In this document: piece after piece, positions 36,061 to 49,525 of the stretch
Position numbering within the stretch: position 1 is the first letter of the stretch
Layout: each line of letters begins with the position of its first letter
DNA from: Takakia lepidozioides
Lineage: Eukaryota > Plantae > Bryophyta
NCBI GenBank assembly: GCA_030704615.1
Contig: CM060732.1
Coordinates: 45,880,001 to 45,944,000 of the forward strand
Direction of reading: 5' to 3'
Length of the DNA: 64,000 nucleotides
The notes under the pieces: generated by a model
Seen by the model: only the letters and a program-made list of their open reading frames with translations
What the model was told of the DNA's origin: nothing
The model's database searches: none
Made by a program: the position numbers and the translations under genes

Positions 36061-36296
36061 TTTGTTTTGAACTGCCCATATTGCCCAAAGAGAAAACCTC
36101 AAAAATTAGAAACTTCCTGAACGGGCGTACCTGCCGGGTTATGGGTATACAGCAGGTCTGGGTATACAACCAATTATTAATTTGGGCGGGCATCAACTGG
36201 GTGTTGACGAGGTTGGGTGGTGTGTGAAGTGTGAACATGCTTGAGCAAAATAGGATGTTCTACAGAAAAAAAGCTCAGGGCAAATGAACAACGAAG

Positions 36297-36344
36297 TTAT
36301 TATTTATTATTTATTTTATTCTAAAGGGAAATACCTGGGAGCGA
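36297..36344 (-). mobile_element. Short retroposon 3'-end fragment with A-rich tail
   Basis: - strand tcgctcccaggtatttcccttt plus A-rich tail; same motif at 47474-47546. Confidence 0.5.
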
Positions 36345-37838
36345 AAAAAAAAACAAAAAAAAACGATGTGCTCACGCTAAAAATTTGCGAAACTATTTCA
36401 GATTTGTGTTGACGTGAGCACAATATTACACTTACTTCTTTGCCTAAGACTGAGATTCATCCAAAAGGAGAAATTGGAAAATGAATTTCACCAACAAAAC
36501 TATTTTCTTCCATTTTCCAAAATTTTCCTGGTTTCGCCAACAAAAATCTCTATAAATTCAAATAGGTTTTTTTTGTTTTCCTTAATAACAGTGGCCCTGG
36601 GTACTGTAGATATGTTTGAGTCATCCTTATCGTTGGCCAATTGCTGTTGTTTACGATATTGTTATATCAAATTGCTTAACTTATTTATTAAATATCTGCA
36701 ATAAGATTTAATTTTTTGTTTTTAGAGAAGACCAATTTTTACTGAGAGCATTGAGTGCCATGAGGCAGGACACACCATTGAGGTGAGAGATGAGCCTGTG
36801 ACCACTTGAACAGCAGGGAAAACCACCGAGCACAAAAGGCATAACAAGCCAAAGAACAGTGTGAACAGGCCAGGGAGTCGACCCTGATGGACCCAAGAAC
36901 TAGCAAATGACTAGGGTGAGATTGAAGGCTCCCTGAGAGGTCTCCAGATGAGTTGGAAGGCAAGAGCACAATCCTTTGCATCTATTTGTTGACCAATTGG
37001 ATGTGAACAAAATCAGGGGGAGTGGGTGTTGCATGTGGACATTTTGGATATCTCTTCATACTTCCCAATCTTGCCTTCTTGTCAGCATTACAGGTGTTCC
37101 CTTGAGACCTAGCTCCAATGAGCTCTGCCCTGAAAGCACAGTTTTGACCTTTCAAGTTCAGGATTATGCAGGGAAGATGCCATCTTGTGAGGAGGAACTT
37201 TGAAATCAGGGCCTCATGGTGCTAAGCTGCTGTGTTGCTCTTTGGGACGTGCTGTTGATCAATGACAGCAGGACTGCGGCTCACAATGGATGTCAGACTC
37301 GAATCCTTTCCAAAACCATTTTAGCCAAGAGAAACTGTCTGGGGCTAGTTGGGGTTTCCACTGTGATTGCTTTAAATTGTACCTTGGTTAAAATCGAGCG
37401 AGTTTAAAATTCAAATGAGCAACAAGGGGGAATGATGAGGAAAGTGAAGAAGGACCTATTCCTAATCCTGCTTGCTGTAGTACTAAACTTCCCACTGGAT
37501 GAAACAAGCTTTAGCACGAGTTCCTCATGAATAATTTTCAGAAGTTGCTTACATAATTGAGTTGGTCGGTTTGCTATTGTGGTCACCTGGTTCACACACA
37601 ACATTTACATGGAGGAAGAGTCACTTCTTTGGGGGTTAAGAGTATAACACTGGGATCTCGGCCAAATACTCTTATTTGATGTTGACACTTGTAACTTTGG
37701 GTCAGGAGTCCTCCTATTGAATTTTGCTGTAGCTCACTTTCAAAGCTTGTTGTGGACAAGTCGAAGGGGCAAGTCTGGAGAGCTAGCGAATTACAGCCTT
37801 TGTAGTAAAGGTGATCTAGAATGGATATAGTTTAGTCT

Positions 37839-38897
37839 TCAGATGAGTGCGTCCAGCCTTGGCTTGAAGTGGTAGCAAGGCTCAACAACATCCGAGAAAC
37901 CTTCTGCTGGACATTGCGGCAACCATTTCCATGATCTTGTGGGGGCTGTGTACATCAGCAGTTGCTGATTGTCTCTGTCCAATCTGACACAAATTGTGTT
38001 ACCCTCAAGGAATTCAACTCCGTAGTTGTCACCATTGCAGTTATTGAGTTCCTGTAGAAACTCCTCGGGCATTATTGCCAACTGCCTTACCTGCGTATGT
38101 TCAAGCTCCACCTCAAAAACCACTACATTGGCAAAGACGCCATCATCTGAAATGAAAGCATTCCCAATGAGCAGGCTTCCATTGTACTCCATTAGGCACG
38201 GTCTTACGTCTTCTGGAACTTGAATCCTTGACCACTCCTTCTGCTCTAGATTGTAAGAAACTACATCCCAGTTGATGGTAACACAGAAAAGGTTACCATG
38301 TACAATCACCAGGTCAGTTACTTTATATCCATAGGGTGCCTTCCCACCCCTCTCCCAAGTCTGGGTTGTTGAATCAAAGATATGGACCTCATGGGTATCA
38401 TTTTCCACCTGAAGCCCCACAAGGATCACCTTGTAAGCTTTTGTTTCGCAGTTCACAGATAAGGCCACTGAATCCGAGTAAAGGTTAAACACATACATTG
38501 GAAAAAGTTCTGTCCAACATCCTGTCAATGGATTGCAGATATATATTCCTGACTCCGTTTGGCAGCAGACCAGCCCTCCATCTGTGGCTAGAACCTCTGC
38601 TCCCGTACTTGGAAGAAAAGAGAAAGACAGAAGGTACCACTTTTCAAGGCTGGGATTATATAACCAACACTGCGGTTGAGGATTCTCAAAAGGCCGACAC
38701 AGTGCCAGAATGACCCAAGGCTCTTGAGTCTCACAAGCCCGAGAGTAAGCATTCAAGAAGTTCTGAGAGAGTAACATTTCGTCCCACTGCTTATGCACAC
38801 AGCGGAATCTGCAGAAACAATCGGGCGGCAACCATGCAAACACCCTCTCTCTCAAATCTTGAGGCATCGTTCCCCATCGCTCCGGGTCCAAGTCCAT
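37839..38897 (-). CDS. F-box protein with C-terminal kelch-like/beta-propeller region (352 aa, single coding exon)
   Basis: N-terminal F-box WGTMPQDLRERVFAWLP..FRCVHKQW; GGLVCC, ICNPLTGCW, YKVILVG, HIFDSTTQTW motifs typical of plant F-box/kelch-like proteins. Confidence 0.88.
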   Translation of the reverse strand: MDLDPERWGTMPQDLRERVFAWLPPDCFCRFRCVHKQWDEMLLSQNFLNAYSRACETQEPWVILALCRPFENPQPQCWLYNPSLEKWYLLSFSFLPSTGAEVLATDGGLVCCQTESGIYICNPLTGCWTELFPMYVFNLYSDSVALSVNCETKAYKVILVGLQVENDTHEVHIFDSTTQTWERGGKAPYGYKVTDLVIVHGNLFCVTINWDVVSYNLEQKEWSRIQVPEDVRPCLMEYNGSLLIGNAFISDDGVFANVVVFEVELEHTQVRQLAIMPEEFLQELNNCNGDNYGVEFLEGNTICVRLDRDNQQLLMYTAPTRSWKWLPQCPAEGFSDVVEPCYHFKPRLDALI

Positions 38898-39749
38898 GTG
38901 GAACAGTGCGAGGCTTTTAGTCTCATATCAGTTTGAGGGGCCCAATCTTAGCAAAATTAGGGTCAGGGATTGCACCTCTGGATTTTCTGCATGGACAACC
39001 ACCGAGAAACCATAGGCACCTACAACACTTACGATCGGCGTATGTTTGTCGACTGGGCGCCTCCAGCGCTTGTACTCGTTCGAGATCATCCTAAGACAAT
39101 GAAATCTCTTGACGAAGCTGCGAGGAAAATTAGGAGACAGCAGGCATGCCGTAAATATGCAGTTTTCTTTGCTTGGTATGGATAAAGCTTGTATGCAGAC
39201 ATCTTAAACCTGGGGATCCTTCCTCCGCATCCAGTGGATTGATCGGTTGCAACACACCCACAACCCTAAACCCAAGTGGTATTTGAACGATAGCACATCA
39301 CTTACGGCTCTCATCACTTTCTCCATCATATCATCTCCATCTGTCTCCTCCTCTCAAACAAATTCTCTCTTTTTCCTCATTTCTCGATGAAAGAGGAATC
39401 CCAGATCAGAAGTCATACACCAAGAACCTTAATCCCTGTCTCTCTCTCCCTATCGTGTTGTCCACTGGTTGAACAAAGTTCGCGAACTTCAGGCAACAAA
39501 CTCGTTGAGATTTCCCCTCATCTTCCACAAGAGTATGAAATTCCTAACAGAAACACTCCGCAAAACAACCAACCGATTCCACGCACACCTCGTTCAAATT
39601 TCTTGCCAATTCCAAGGAACCCCTCGTCCAGAATCTGAAGAAATGCTTCTTGCCAAGGGGTTCTTCCGACAGGACCTCATTTACCATTCATCCATTCACT
39701 GTGGATGAAAAACCGCTGATCCTTCAATTACTCCGATCCGAATCTTGAG

Positions 39750-39945
39750 TACCACGTGTGCGCCACCAATAGGAAGCAGCTACACAGATCAAGCGATAAG
39801 CGTAGTTTATCCAATGACCTCCAATCACCAGTAACTGTCACCGGGAACTGGCTATCCGCCGTCACTGTGACCGGAAATAGCCAGTGGGGGCCCTATTACG
39901 ACCAACCCTGCGTGGGAGTCGCCACGTGTATTACCACGTGGCCTG
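39750..39945. promoter_or_regulatory. Divergent promoter region with three G-boxes and a short hairpin
   Basis: CACGTG at 39753, 39923, 39935; inverted repeat ACTGGCTAT..GTCACtGTGAC..ATAGCCAGT at 39847-39885; lies between F-box (-) and PLGG1-like (+). Confidence 0.45.
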
Positions 39946-40143
39946 TTGCGTTTTCTCGCTTGTTCAAAACTGTCTCCACTCTCTCTCCCTCTCGCTCTCT
40001 CGTGACAGTGTTGAGAAGATCGTTGATCTCGGGAATAGATCGATCGAGGGAGAGATGGAAGGAATGTAGGTTTGCTGGTGAATGCTGGGCTCATCTCTCT
40101 GCGTGTGTGTGTGTGTTTGTGTCGTCTCCAAATTGTTGCACCA

Positions 40144-43100
40144 ATGGCGGGCAGCTGCAATTACACCTATGCTTTAGCTTCGTCATGTAGAGTTGGGTTG
40201 TTTCCTTCCATTGTTTCCAAAGTGGTCGTTGATCAGAAGGTGTCTTCAAGGAAGTCTAGAGTTCCCGCATGCGAAGTAGGGAGAAAATTGTCTGTGTTGA
40301 ATGTTGCTCTTGATTCTCGAAAGATTTCTCCGCGTCTGCCCCCCAGAAGCCTGCACTCGTCTAACTTGATATCTTCGTCCGTACGACATGGGAATGCCCA
40401 CCACATTTTTCAGTTGGAAAAAACTTCTGGAAATCTCGGGCCACAGAAGGTGGGTTCCGATATCATTGTCCACTGATTTGGTTCATATAACTAATTGGGT
40501 CCTTGTCATAAGGAATGCCGGTGAGTGCTCCAGAGAAGTAAACATCTGTGCTCAGAGAAACCGAGCTCAACATAATGGATACATTCTTGGTACATTTGGT
40601 TACAGCGAGGTCGGTAAAGGTTGGCTTCAAATCTACACTTGTGCTTTGATTAAAATCAGCTGGCAGTGGTTTTAGCAACAATGTGGCCTGATTACAACTC
40701 TTGTGGGGATGAGGGAAAGGACAGTCCCCTAATTTCAGACCTCAGTCTCTGGACACAGTGAGTTGGACAAAATGAGAAGTCCTTGTAGAGAAAATTTGTG
40801 GCAATTCACGTGCAAAATCGATTTGAGATATAATCTAAGCCCTGCGAGCTGGGCTTGACTTGGCTTGGTGACTCTTGATTGATGGGAAGGTGGCTGGGAG
40901 GTTCAAGGGATTTGACAGCTGCCAGAAGATGCGAGGAAATGGAGGGTCAATACGGGCAACCTTAGATGCAGACCTTTCGGAGCAGGTAAGTGTGCTTCTT
41001 TCAAAGTCATGTTACTAATTCCGCGTCGATACAAGACTCTAATCCTTCCGGGTAGATTTGATGCTCGAGTATATGAAACAACGTATGGGATACATTTTTC
41101 TGGAGCAGATATCGGGCCAGGGACGAGAGTTGCGGCCTTTGCAAATCGCTCTTGCCATGGGAGTCTTGGTAGCCGCTGACAAAGGGACTGCCTTGGGAAT
41201 CTATCGCTGGAATGCATTGCCTTCAGTTGTGAAGGGCTTACCAAGCTCAACGGTGTGCATGGCTCTCCTTTTGGCTAGCCTTCTTGCTATCGACTACTTG
41301 AGTCCAAAGGTTTCCAAATCTATTACCTCCTTCTTCGGACCGGCTGTTGAGCTCCTCCAGCGCTGGATGCCACTCTTTTATACGCCTCCTCTTGTGATGA
41401 TGTCGTTGGTGGTGCAAGATATGGGGGTCCACGAGGGAGTGGGACTGCTTCTACTGATAGGTGAGGTCAATTTCTTTCTCGCCTCTGTACTCTTAAAATC
41501 CTCCAACATATGTAATGATTTCAAGTTTGAAGACCTTGAACCAGGCTGCAAGCTTTGTCAAGGAATTCAGAATTAACAAATGGAAATCAAAACTTCTTTC
41601 TGGACAATTGTGTGTGACACTCAAAACATAGAGTTTTCTGGAGTGTGTAGTCATTTGATTTGTGATTCTGGGACAAGTGGAGTGTTTGATAAGGTAATGC
41701 AATGCAAGAGGATTGCTGTACATCACACCTGAGGAAACTAACTTTCTGTTCAGTACCTCATATTAATTCAACAGTAGGCAGCGCAGAGTTAGCCAATAGT
41801 GAACCTTTGCTCTGTGGCTGTATGGACAGTTGGTGCATGGGCAATGACCCTAGCTTCAGTCGCTCTGCTAGCTTCTGCAGTCAGGCAAGGGGTGCAAACG
41901 CGGCTTGGAGATACTGCCAACATGCCTTCAGCTGCCCCTTTTGGCCTTTGGGAGATGTTAACCTGGGCAGGTGTAGGTGCGGGAAGTGGGTTGATATTTT
42001 ATGTCGCACCCACAGCATTTGGACTTCATCCAGCGACGGTTGCTCTGCCATTCTTTGTCTGTGCTACTGTCACAGGATTTTTGCTTGGGTCCCAGTGAGT
42101 GTCTCTCTTTCTCTGACACCCACAAATACAATTTTCTTTTCTCACTGACGTGGATCTCCCAGGAATTGGCTTTGTATGTGTCGTAACATTTGCCATACAG
42201 GTCTGATCCAAAGTCAAACTTCTCAATATTCCGTTTCTCATGAACACTTGTGACTTCAATATTTTATTTCCTCGGAGTTTCAGAATTTTCCTCATGAATT
42301 TCTACATGTTTCATGGCGAGTCCAAGCTTGATTTACCACTTGGTACCAATATACCGGATGCCCCCAGCACAAACAGATCAATTAATCAAGGCACCTTGAC
42401 TCCTTAATATTGGGTGTAGCTTGCTGTGTTTCTAAGGAGTTTGATTTTCTAAGGAGTTTGCTACCAATTGAATCCTAACACTGCTAAATAAAGGGTTTTG
42501 GGCAGAAACGATGCAAAGGCGATGGAGTGTAGGAAGTCATTCTTACCCATGTGTGTGGGTGCATGGCAGGGTTCCTGGGCCTTTGAAGAAGATTTTGCAC
42601 CCAGTTCTCACCTGTGCCTGTTTTGTGAATGTGGTTGCCTTCCTGGCTGGCATCTTCACAAATCAGAGCTTTGAGTCTGTCCTTGGTCAGCTTCTCTCCT
42701 CCTCACTTTTTCTGTCTCAAAGAAGTCTACTCAGAAGACAACAATGCATCTGACACATATCTTAGACACATATCTGCAATTGGTTCTGAATCTGGGTGAG
42801 TATGGTCATCACACTGATGTTTTGTAAAGAGTCTGCTCTTGCCTCTGGTTTGGAGATAAGTCTCACTACTGGGGTGAGCCTTTCTCCATAGTCTGTTCTC
42901 CACCTGGCCGTCTCAAACCAGCCCACTTCTTCTGCTCTGTCCAACCCCATTGCTTTGTCAGTGGCCACAAGGCTAAGGGAATTCTCATGGTTTCAATTCC
43001 CTCTCTCACCCTCTCGTGAATCTTTAAACTTCCTTTGAATTGTCCGTAAGCAGCTAGTGCTTTTCATGATTGATGTAAAGTCCATGTATATTCTCTCTCT

Positions 43101-45436
43101 CTCTCTCTCTCTCTCTCATTCAAGTGGGGGTGCTTAAGGAGTGTATGTCAGCATGCTCCAAAACAGCCAATGTGGCTGTTCGGGGTGAGTTTGGCATTCC
43201 GTCCTTAAGCTCCCGACGAGATGAATTCAAGGTCAGATGGTGGGGTCAGCTGCAACATATGCCCAACACCAGATATCCTAAGTTAATCGACTCTATATCT
43301 TGGAAACAGGACCGCCCTGTCAAACAGGCTAAGTGAGAGTAGAAGAGATTCTCAAGGACCTGGACCTGGATCCGCAAGTCTTGACCCTGCTGGATAAATC
43401 TGACTTAGAGGCTGTAGTGTCCTCAGCCATGTCTTTGCCATGAGATTGTCTGATGAAATGAAGTTAGGCAGAAAACTTCCCTGAACTTGCTTTCAGTCAG
43501 TGACATGGGGGAGGACATCTTGGATGACCTCAAGGGTCTACCCACTCTCGGCACTAGACTGAAATTTAAACTCGGGGCAGGAAGCCTACCTTTGAACAGC
43601 AAACAGAAGCAGAGAGGAAAGGGAGAGTGCAATTGCCCGCTGTGTGGGCAATCTGAAGACAGTATTCACTTTCTGATACACTGTCCGGGGTTCTCTCACC
43701 AAAGAGACGCTCTCTTCAATTCTATCAAGGGAATTGTGCCTGTACCCCTGTTTAACAACTTTGAAAGTCTCGAGGCTGAGCCAAAAGCCCAGGCCCTCCT
43801 GAGGCCTAGTTTTTGGGCAAATCACACACCGCAGATTGATGCTTGTGTGAAGGGATTTCTAGAGGATATCTGGAAAACCCGGATTAATTCTATATTTGAT
43901 GGTAAGTCACACTCCCAACGTCAGCCCTGATAGAGGTAGGTTCTGTCCCTTTTGTTCCCGCTCAAACTGGGCGCGGGGTCAATGGCCACAAGGCTACGGC
44001 AAATAACGTCTTATGAGTACAATCTCTCTCTCTCTCTCCCGGGGGTAAAATTTCTCATGCCTGATGATAAGATACTTTGATTTCTGGGACAGGTCTATAT
44101 TTTACCAAGAATATGAAAGCACCAGGCGCGGGAGATCTTTTAATGGCCTTTTTAGGCCCTCTGACCCTTTCGTATGCCTTCACACTCTTTCGGCAACGAG
44201 GGGTAGGCATACTAAAGGCCTCCTCCAGTATAGTTATTCACTTGCAGGGTGCATTTCCCATGATGCTGTTACATATTCATTAGTATTGTTCAGAGGATCT
44301 AAACCAGTTGTAGGGGAACATAGGCAGAGAGAAATTAGATCAACACTTTCATAACTCAGCATGCCGACATAGTGCAGTCAGAGAGAACCCAGCTGATGTA
44401 GAAAATGAAAATGGAGTGCAAACTAGATACTTCAGGAATACTAACCTTCAGCTGAAGAGCCATGTTGTATGCTGCAGATTGTGCGTCGTCACGCCACTGA
44501 ATTAGGGGCAGTAATTCCGATCGCAGGCTTGTTCTCTTTGTTGGTGACAGCTGTTGGAGGCCGCCAGCTTGGTATCAATGCCACCCTAACTAGCTCGGTT
44601 GCAGGCCGGAGCACCTCATTAGCATTTGGTCTACCTATCTGCAACACACTTGGAGGTCCGGCCCCATCTCTGTCACTGGTTTCATATGATGTAGTTATCT
44701 TTTTAGTTTTAACACAGATTCTCACATTGGTGTTGTCCTCAGAGGGCTTAATAGAGACTATGAACATGCACAGGGGAGGAGCCGCTAGCTGCAAGTGCGG
44801 GCATCATCACAGGACTGCTGGGGGCCAACTTGTCGTTGTGGGTTCTCTCAATATTAAAGATCCAGGATGGGATCGCCCGTGGCCTGGCCACAGCTTGCAG
44901 GTGAGTCATTGATTTAACAGCAGAGGCTTGCAATGCACCATGGGTATAGAGCAAGCGTCCTAGAAAAACTATGCACGAGCAGAAGCAAAGATGTAAGATT
45001 CAACTATGAAGGATTACTTGTGAACCTGCCTGGAGAAACCCCATGGCCCCTTGTGTAGAAAGTACATGTTGGTGGCAGGTACTGATGAAGATTGGCTGCG
45101 CAAATAAGCATTTACTTGGTCTGTAAAGGCTTCTTGATTCAACCTAACTTATAAGAAGTTGTAGAGATCCATTTGTGGAGGAACATCACTGATTCTGGAA
45201 AATATGATGACATTAAGATGTGAACATACAGAGGTTATATGCGGTTGTTTTATCAGTGAGTAACTTACATGCTGCCATTGGTCCATGGCAGTTCACATGG
45301 ATTTGGATCAGCAGCAGTGGCCGCAGGGGAGCAGGATCTTTTGCCTTTCTGTGCTGTGGCGTATATTCTGATGGGCGCTGTGTGCTCGGTAGCTGTCAGC
45401 ATTCCTTCAGTTCGGAGCGTTGTTTTTCAACCATAA
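40144..45436 (+). CDS. PLGG1: Plastidic glycolate/glycerate translocator-like (LrgB family) membrane protein, ~8 exons
   Basis: Ser/Arg-rich transit-peptide-like exon 40144-40449; exons ~41109-41460 (FFGPAVELLQRWMPLFYTPPLV), 41830-42094, 42570-42685 (KKILHPVLTC), 44093-44202 (PGAGDLLMAFLG), 44478-44655, 44774-44900 (DGIARGLATA), 45292-45436 (SHGFGSAA..LPFCAVAY). Divergent, possibly a paralog. Confidence 0.85.
43118..44022 (+). mobile_element. 5'-truncated LINE remnant in PLGG1-like intron 4, flanked by (CT)n
   Basis: SKTANVAVRGEFG; C-terminal Zn motif CPLCGQSEDSIHFLIHCP; in-frame stops; (CT)n at 43092-43117 and 44023-44038. Confidence 0.75.
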
Positions 45437-46500
45437 AAGCACTGCCATCTACATGATGGACTGGGAGAGGAAAACTCTACTCGTAATCTACAGGGGCGTC
45501 AAGCATACATCCGCCATCATCATGATAGGCAGACGAATTTGGAAATTCACACTTGACTCACAGGCCGTGCTAGCAAGTGGGCTGGCTGGTGCATGTGAGA
45601 GAAACCAGGCAACGAAGATGCTTAAGTGATTGGACGCGAGCCGGAGCCAGTTTAAGCTTTTGTGTGGCAGGTGTACCCATTCCGTGTCTGTGGAGAGAGA
45701 GAGGAGGGGCGGGCTGCCTGGCGTGATTTGCTTTCAGGCCTAGGTATTTTATCTGGCTCTCCTGGGTGTTGGTGTAATAGGAGGCCTCTCAAATTCCCGG
45801 CCATGATCAGAACTGCAATGCTGTGAGCAGCTGCTGGTGTTTGTAACATAGTGTACTGAAATTGGAATTTTATTCATGTGTTTGAACTTCTCTCGTACAT
45901 CTATTGAACCTTGCCAAGTACTTATCCTCCTCGCTCTTTTGCAAAGAGATGTTGTAATCCACACTCAAACAACGGAACAAAGTCCCGCTTCAGTTAACAT
46001 CCTGGATCTCTGCTACAAGTAAGGAATTGGTCATGTCATCGTTCAACAACATTGCTGATCACCTTCCTTATCACCACCCACGTCTTGAAAATGTGGAGAA
46101 AATGAAACCTGGGTCTCATCTCTCCTCTCGAAAGAGAATCCCTGGAGTTCTTTACTGAAATCTAGCGCGTGATGTGATTGTACATGACACTTGTCAAGGA
46201 ATATCAGAGGGCCCTTTCACTTCAAGAAACTGAGAAGGAGGTGTGATGCTGATATTTCCTTTCTACCTTTTACGATAGTGGATCAGAGATTTGAGGATTT
46301 GACACCAAATTCTAGCGGGCCCATTGTCTAGTACGTTAAAAAGTCTCCTTTAACTCCCTCATCACAATGTTTCTTGTTTTCTGTTCAACAACATATTGTA
46401 CGGAGAAACCTCGGTTTTTTGGGGTCAATTGTGACGGCCTCACAACATAAACAATGCAGATATGGAACAAAATGTGGACTCTTGCCAATGTAAACATGTA

Positions 46501-47693
46501 GGGAATTCCAAAAAGGACCTTGATGTGAAATGCATCTCACTTGATCATTCACTTGATCACCCCCCTAAAAGTGCGCAATTCAATTGAATTGTCAACTCAC
46601 AATTCAATTGAATTGTAATATATAATTTTAACTTATTTCTGTATATATTATATATATGTATATATTTAAATTATACATATTGCATACAAAAATATAACCT
46701 AAAAATACATGTTGCCCGTTTATTCTTGCTGTCCGTCTGTCTATCCTTTGCCCGTGAAGGCTTGAACCCGAGACAAGCCTAAGGGAGAGTGAGAGATGAA
46801 GTCACGCAACGCTTGTAAAAGCGAGGTTGTCCCTCTTTGTGGAAGTTGGTGCCAATATATGGCTATGCACATATACCAAACATGATACCAATGTAAGAGT
46901 ATCAACGTGTAAGAGTTTGATATGTTCAACTCTATATGGAACAGAGATCCCAACTTCAACATGATACCTTTGTAAGGATATCGAAACAATATTTTTTTTG
47001 ATAATTCTCAAGATGAACAGATCATTTGTTTTCTTTGGGGTTGTGTCCTAGGCCAGATACTAGTGTTAGGGGACTACATGATGATGCATGGGAAGCCTTT
47101 CATCAATTGTCAGGTTTGATTTTGTCTGATTCTTTCAGAGCCAGCCATGTTTCTTTTGCGAATGAATCATATGAAGCTGCTGATCTCTGTCCCTCTCTAG
47201 CTCCCTCTCTGGCTCTCCCTTTCTCGCTGAGGGAGAGGCTTGCTTCACAACACAACTCCACGGTTTCTCAAGGGCACAAGAAAGAGGGGCAACAAGAATA
47301 GACGGGCAATATGTATTTTTAGCTTATATTCTTATATGTGTATAAGTATAATTTCAATATATACATATACATATATATTATATATTATATACAGAAATAA
47401 GTTAAAAATTATAGATTACAATTCAATTGTATTGCAAATTTACAATTCAATTGAATTGTAGTCAACAATTCAATTTTTATTTTTTATTTTTATTTTTATT
47501 TTTTTAAAGGGAAACACCTGGGAGCGACAGCTCACAAATCAGGCCCCTTGAATTGTGTGCTGACAATTCAATTGAATTGCAAATTAGGGTTGTTTTCAAG
47601 CTAGTTTTAGCACTTCAATTAAATTGCGCACTTTTAGGGGGGTGATCAAGTGAATTGCGATGCATTTCACATCAAGGCCTTTTTGGAATTCCC
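46501..47693. mobile_element. Non-autonomous DNA transposon with long (~250 bp) imperfect TIRs
   Basis: GGGAATTCCAAAAAGG..CCCCCCTAAAAGTGCGCAAT at the left end and its reverse complement at the right; inner arms ~46595-46730 vs ~47290-47470; TA on both flanks; no credible ORF. Confidence 0.8.
47474..47546 (-). mobile_element. Short poly(A)-tailed retroposon fragment inserted in the right TIR
   Basis: Interrupts a caattcaa-ttgaattg motif; - strand ..tcgctcccaggtgtttcccttt followed by (A/AAAAAT)n; matches 36297-36344. Confidence 0.6.
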
Positions 47694-47784
47694 TAAAACG
47701 TGGCTTGTGGCGACACTGATCCCAAAGGGCTACCACCTTCTGGAGTGGGAAGCTGGACACTGGACACCTCTATATCCAACATAT

Positions 47785-47945
47785 TTATATTATTATATAA
47801 GGCCCACCCTCAAAAGGGAGCAGTAACCACAAGGCGAAGTGGCTCTTAGCTACGTCGGCTTTGGCCAGAGTCTTCTTCTTCTACGGTTTTGAACCCACAA
47901 CCACTAATGAAATGGTATTATGCCGTAGACACTTGGCTATTAGCC
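47785..47945 (-). mobile_element. Putative tRNA-derived SINE
   Basis: - strand A-box-like TAGCCAAGTG (47930-47939), B-box-like GGGTTCAAAACC (47885-47896), AT-rich tail; body resembles 51857-51925 (+). Confidence 0.45.
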
Positions 47946-49525
47946 AGGCCCACATGGGGTGCTTCTAGAAGCTCCTTGCTACACTCGGTTACAAGCAGAG
48001 TGTGAAACATGTGGGACTGCCATGTGGGCATTCCAAGATCTGTGAATGAGGATCCCGCCGCATTTGTGAGAGAGAAGTATAGGGCTTATGTGGGATATTC
48101 TCCACCTTTGAAATCTCTCAGGAGATTTGACCCTGGGATCTAGTAAGTATTTGAGAAATTACTATGGAATGTGTAGAGAATTCTCTAGAACTCTCTCGGA
48201 GTTTTGGATGTCCGGAGGTGGGGTTGATGAGGTCAATTAGGTTCCGTCTCCAGGACGGGATTATAGACTTTGTTTCTAGAAATGTGTGTGTTGTTCTGTG
48301 TGCCATGCTGCAGGATTCAAGTGAAGGGGTGGGTGGTTCTCCAGATTATCCCTCTTCTTGTCTGCAGAGTGGGTTTAGAGAAGGCATTCAGGCACTCACA
48401 GCGTGGGCCACGGCCTGTTGCCTTCTCTGAGACTAGCCCCCTCTGCTTCCTGGGTCCTTTTGCAGCAACAATGGGGTGGTGAAGTTTTGGTTGGCGGAGG
48501 ATTGCAATGATCAGTCTTTGCATGGTGGCACAGAAGTGAACGTGGGTCTTTTATTTCAAGTACGTAACGACATGAATGATGAGTGCCGAGTATGAAGGTG
48601 TTGAGCTCCTCCAAGCTTGTTCGGAATTGTTTCGGTCAGTTGTTTTAAACGGCCGAGCCTGAAATCGCACTTGGATATGGTAGATACAATTTGCATAGCC
48701 GCCAATTGAACCAGCTTTGCACTGTTAGAGGATTCACTGCTCGGAAAGCAGCTTTTTCTTTTTGGTGACCTTCGAGCTGAAGAAGAGAGCCATAGCATAT
48801 TGGCCCTAACGCAAGAAGCAACATTGATTACAACATTTGGGAAGATTGGTGAAGGCTGGCCGTATTGTCCCAATATCTGCTGGTACCCACACTTACTTGC
48901 AGGTAATTAATGAATGTTACTTGATCGGGTGTCTGGATTTTTGTTCTTTCTGGCACCTTTCAGTGATCTGTGTTTTCTAGTTGGGCGATTGATCTCTATG
49001 AGGTATTGGCGCTCCATATGAACGTCTTTGTCTCTTGTAAACTCGGTTATGTTAGGCTAGGATATCAAGTGTCTATTCCAATGCCTTTTAATGGAGCACC
49101 AGATTAAACCCATGTTAAGGCTCTGTTGTGTAGTCCTGGAAGGTTTTGTTTTCCTCCCTGTCCGTTTTCACAGTCAGCCTTGATATGCTTTCTTTCTGCA
49201 GTATCACTTGCCGATTGTCAAAGGTGCGAGGGCGATTGCATCATTGGATGAGTTGGCACCCATGGGAAAATGTACAAACGTATTGGTTTATATATTTTGG
49301 CGTCAAACATATATCCTTGAGAAGTTTTCACTTAGTGCGAAAAATGTTCCTTGAGCTCTTTTGATATATGGGATGTTACTTCCATTAATTTAAGGGATTT
49401 CACAGGAGGATGGTCAAGATGGAGGATCTCATGGGTCTGTGTCATTCATTGTGATGCAGATTTGAGAAGATTGAAGTGTCCATTCTTGCTCCTTCACTAG
49501 CCATTCATCTAGGTGCTGCACAACC

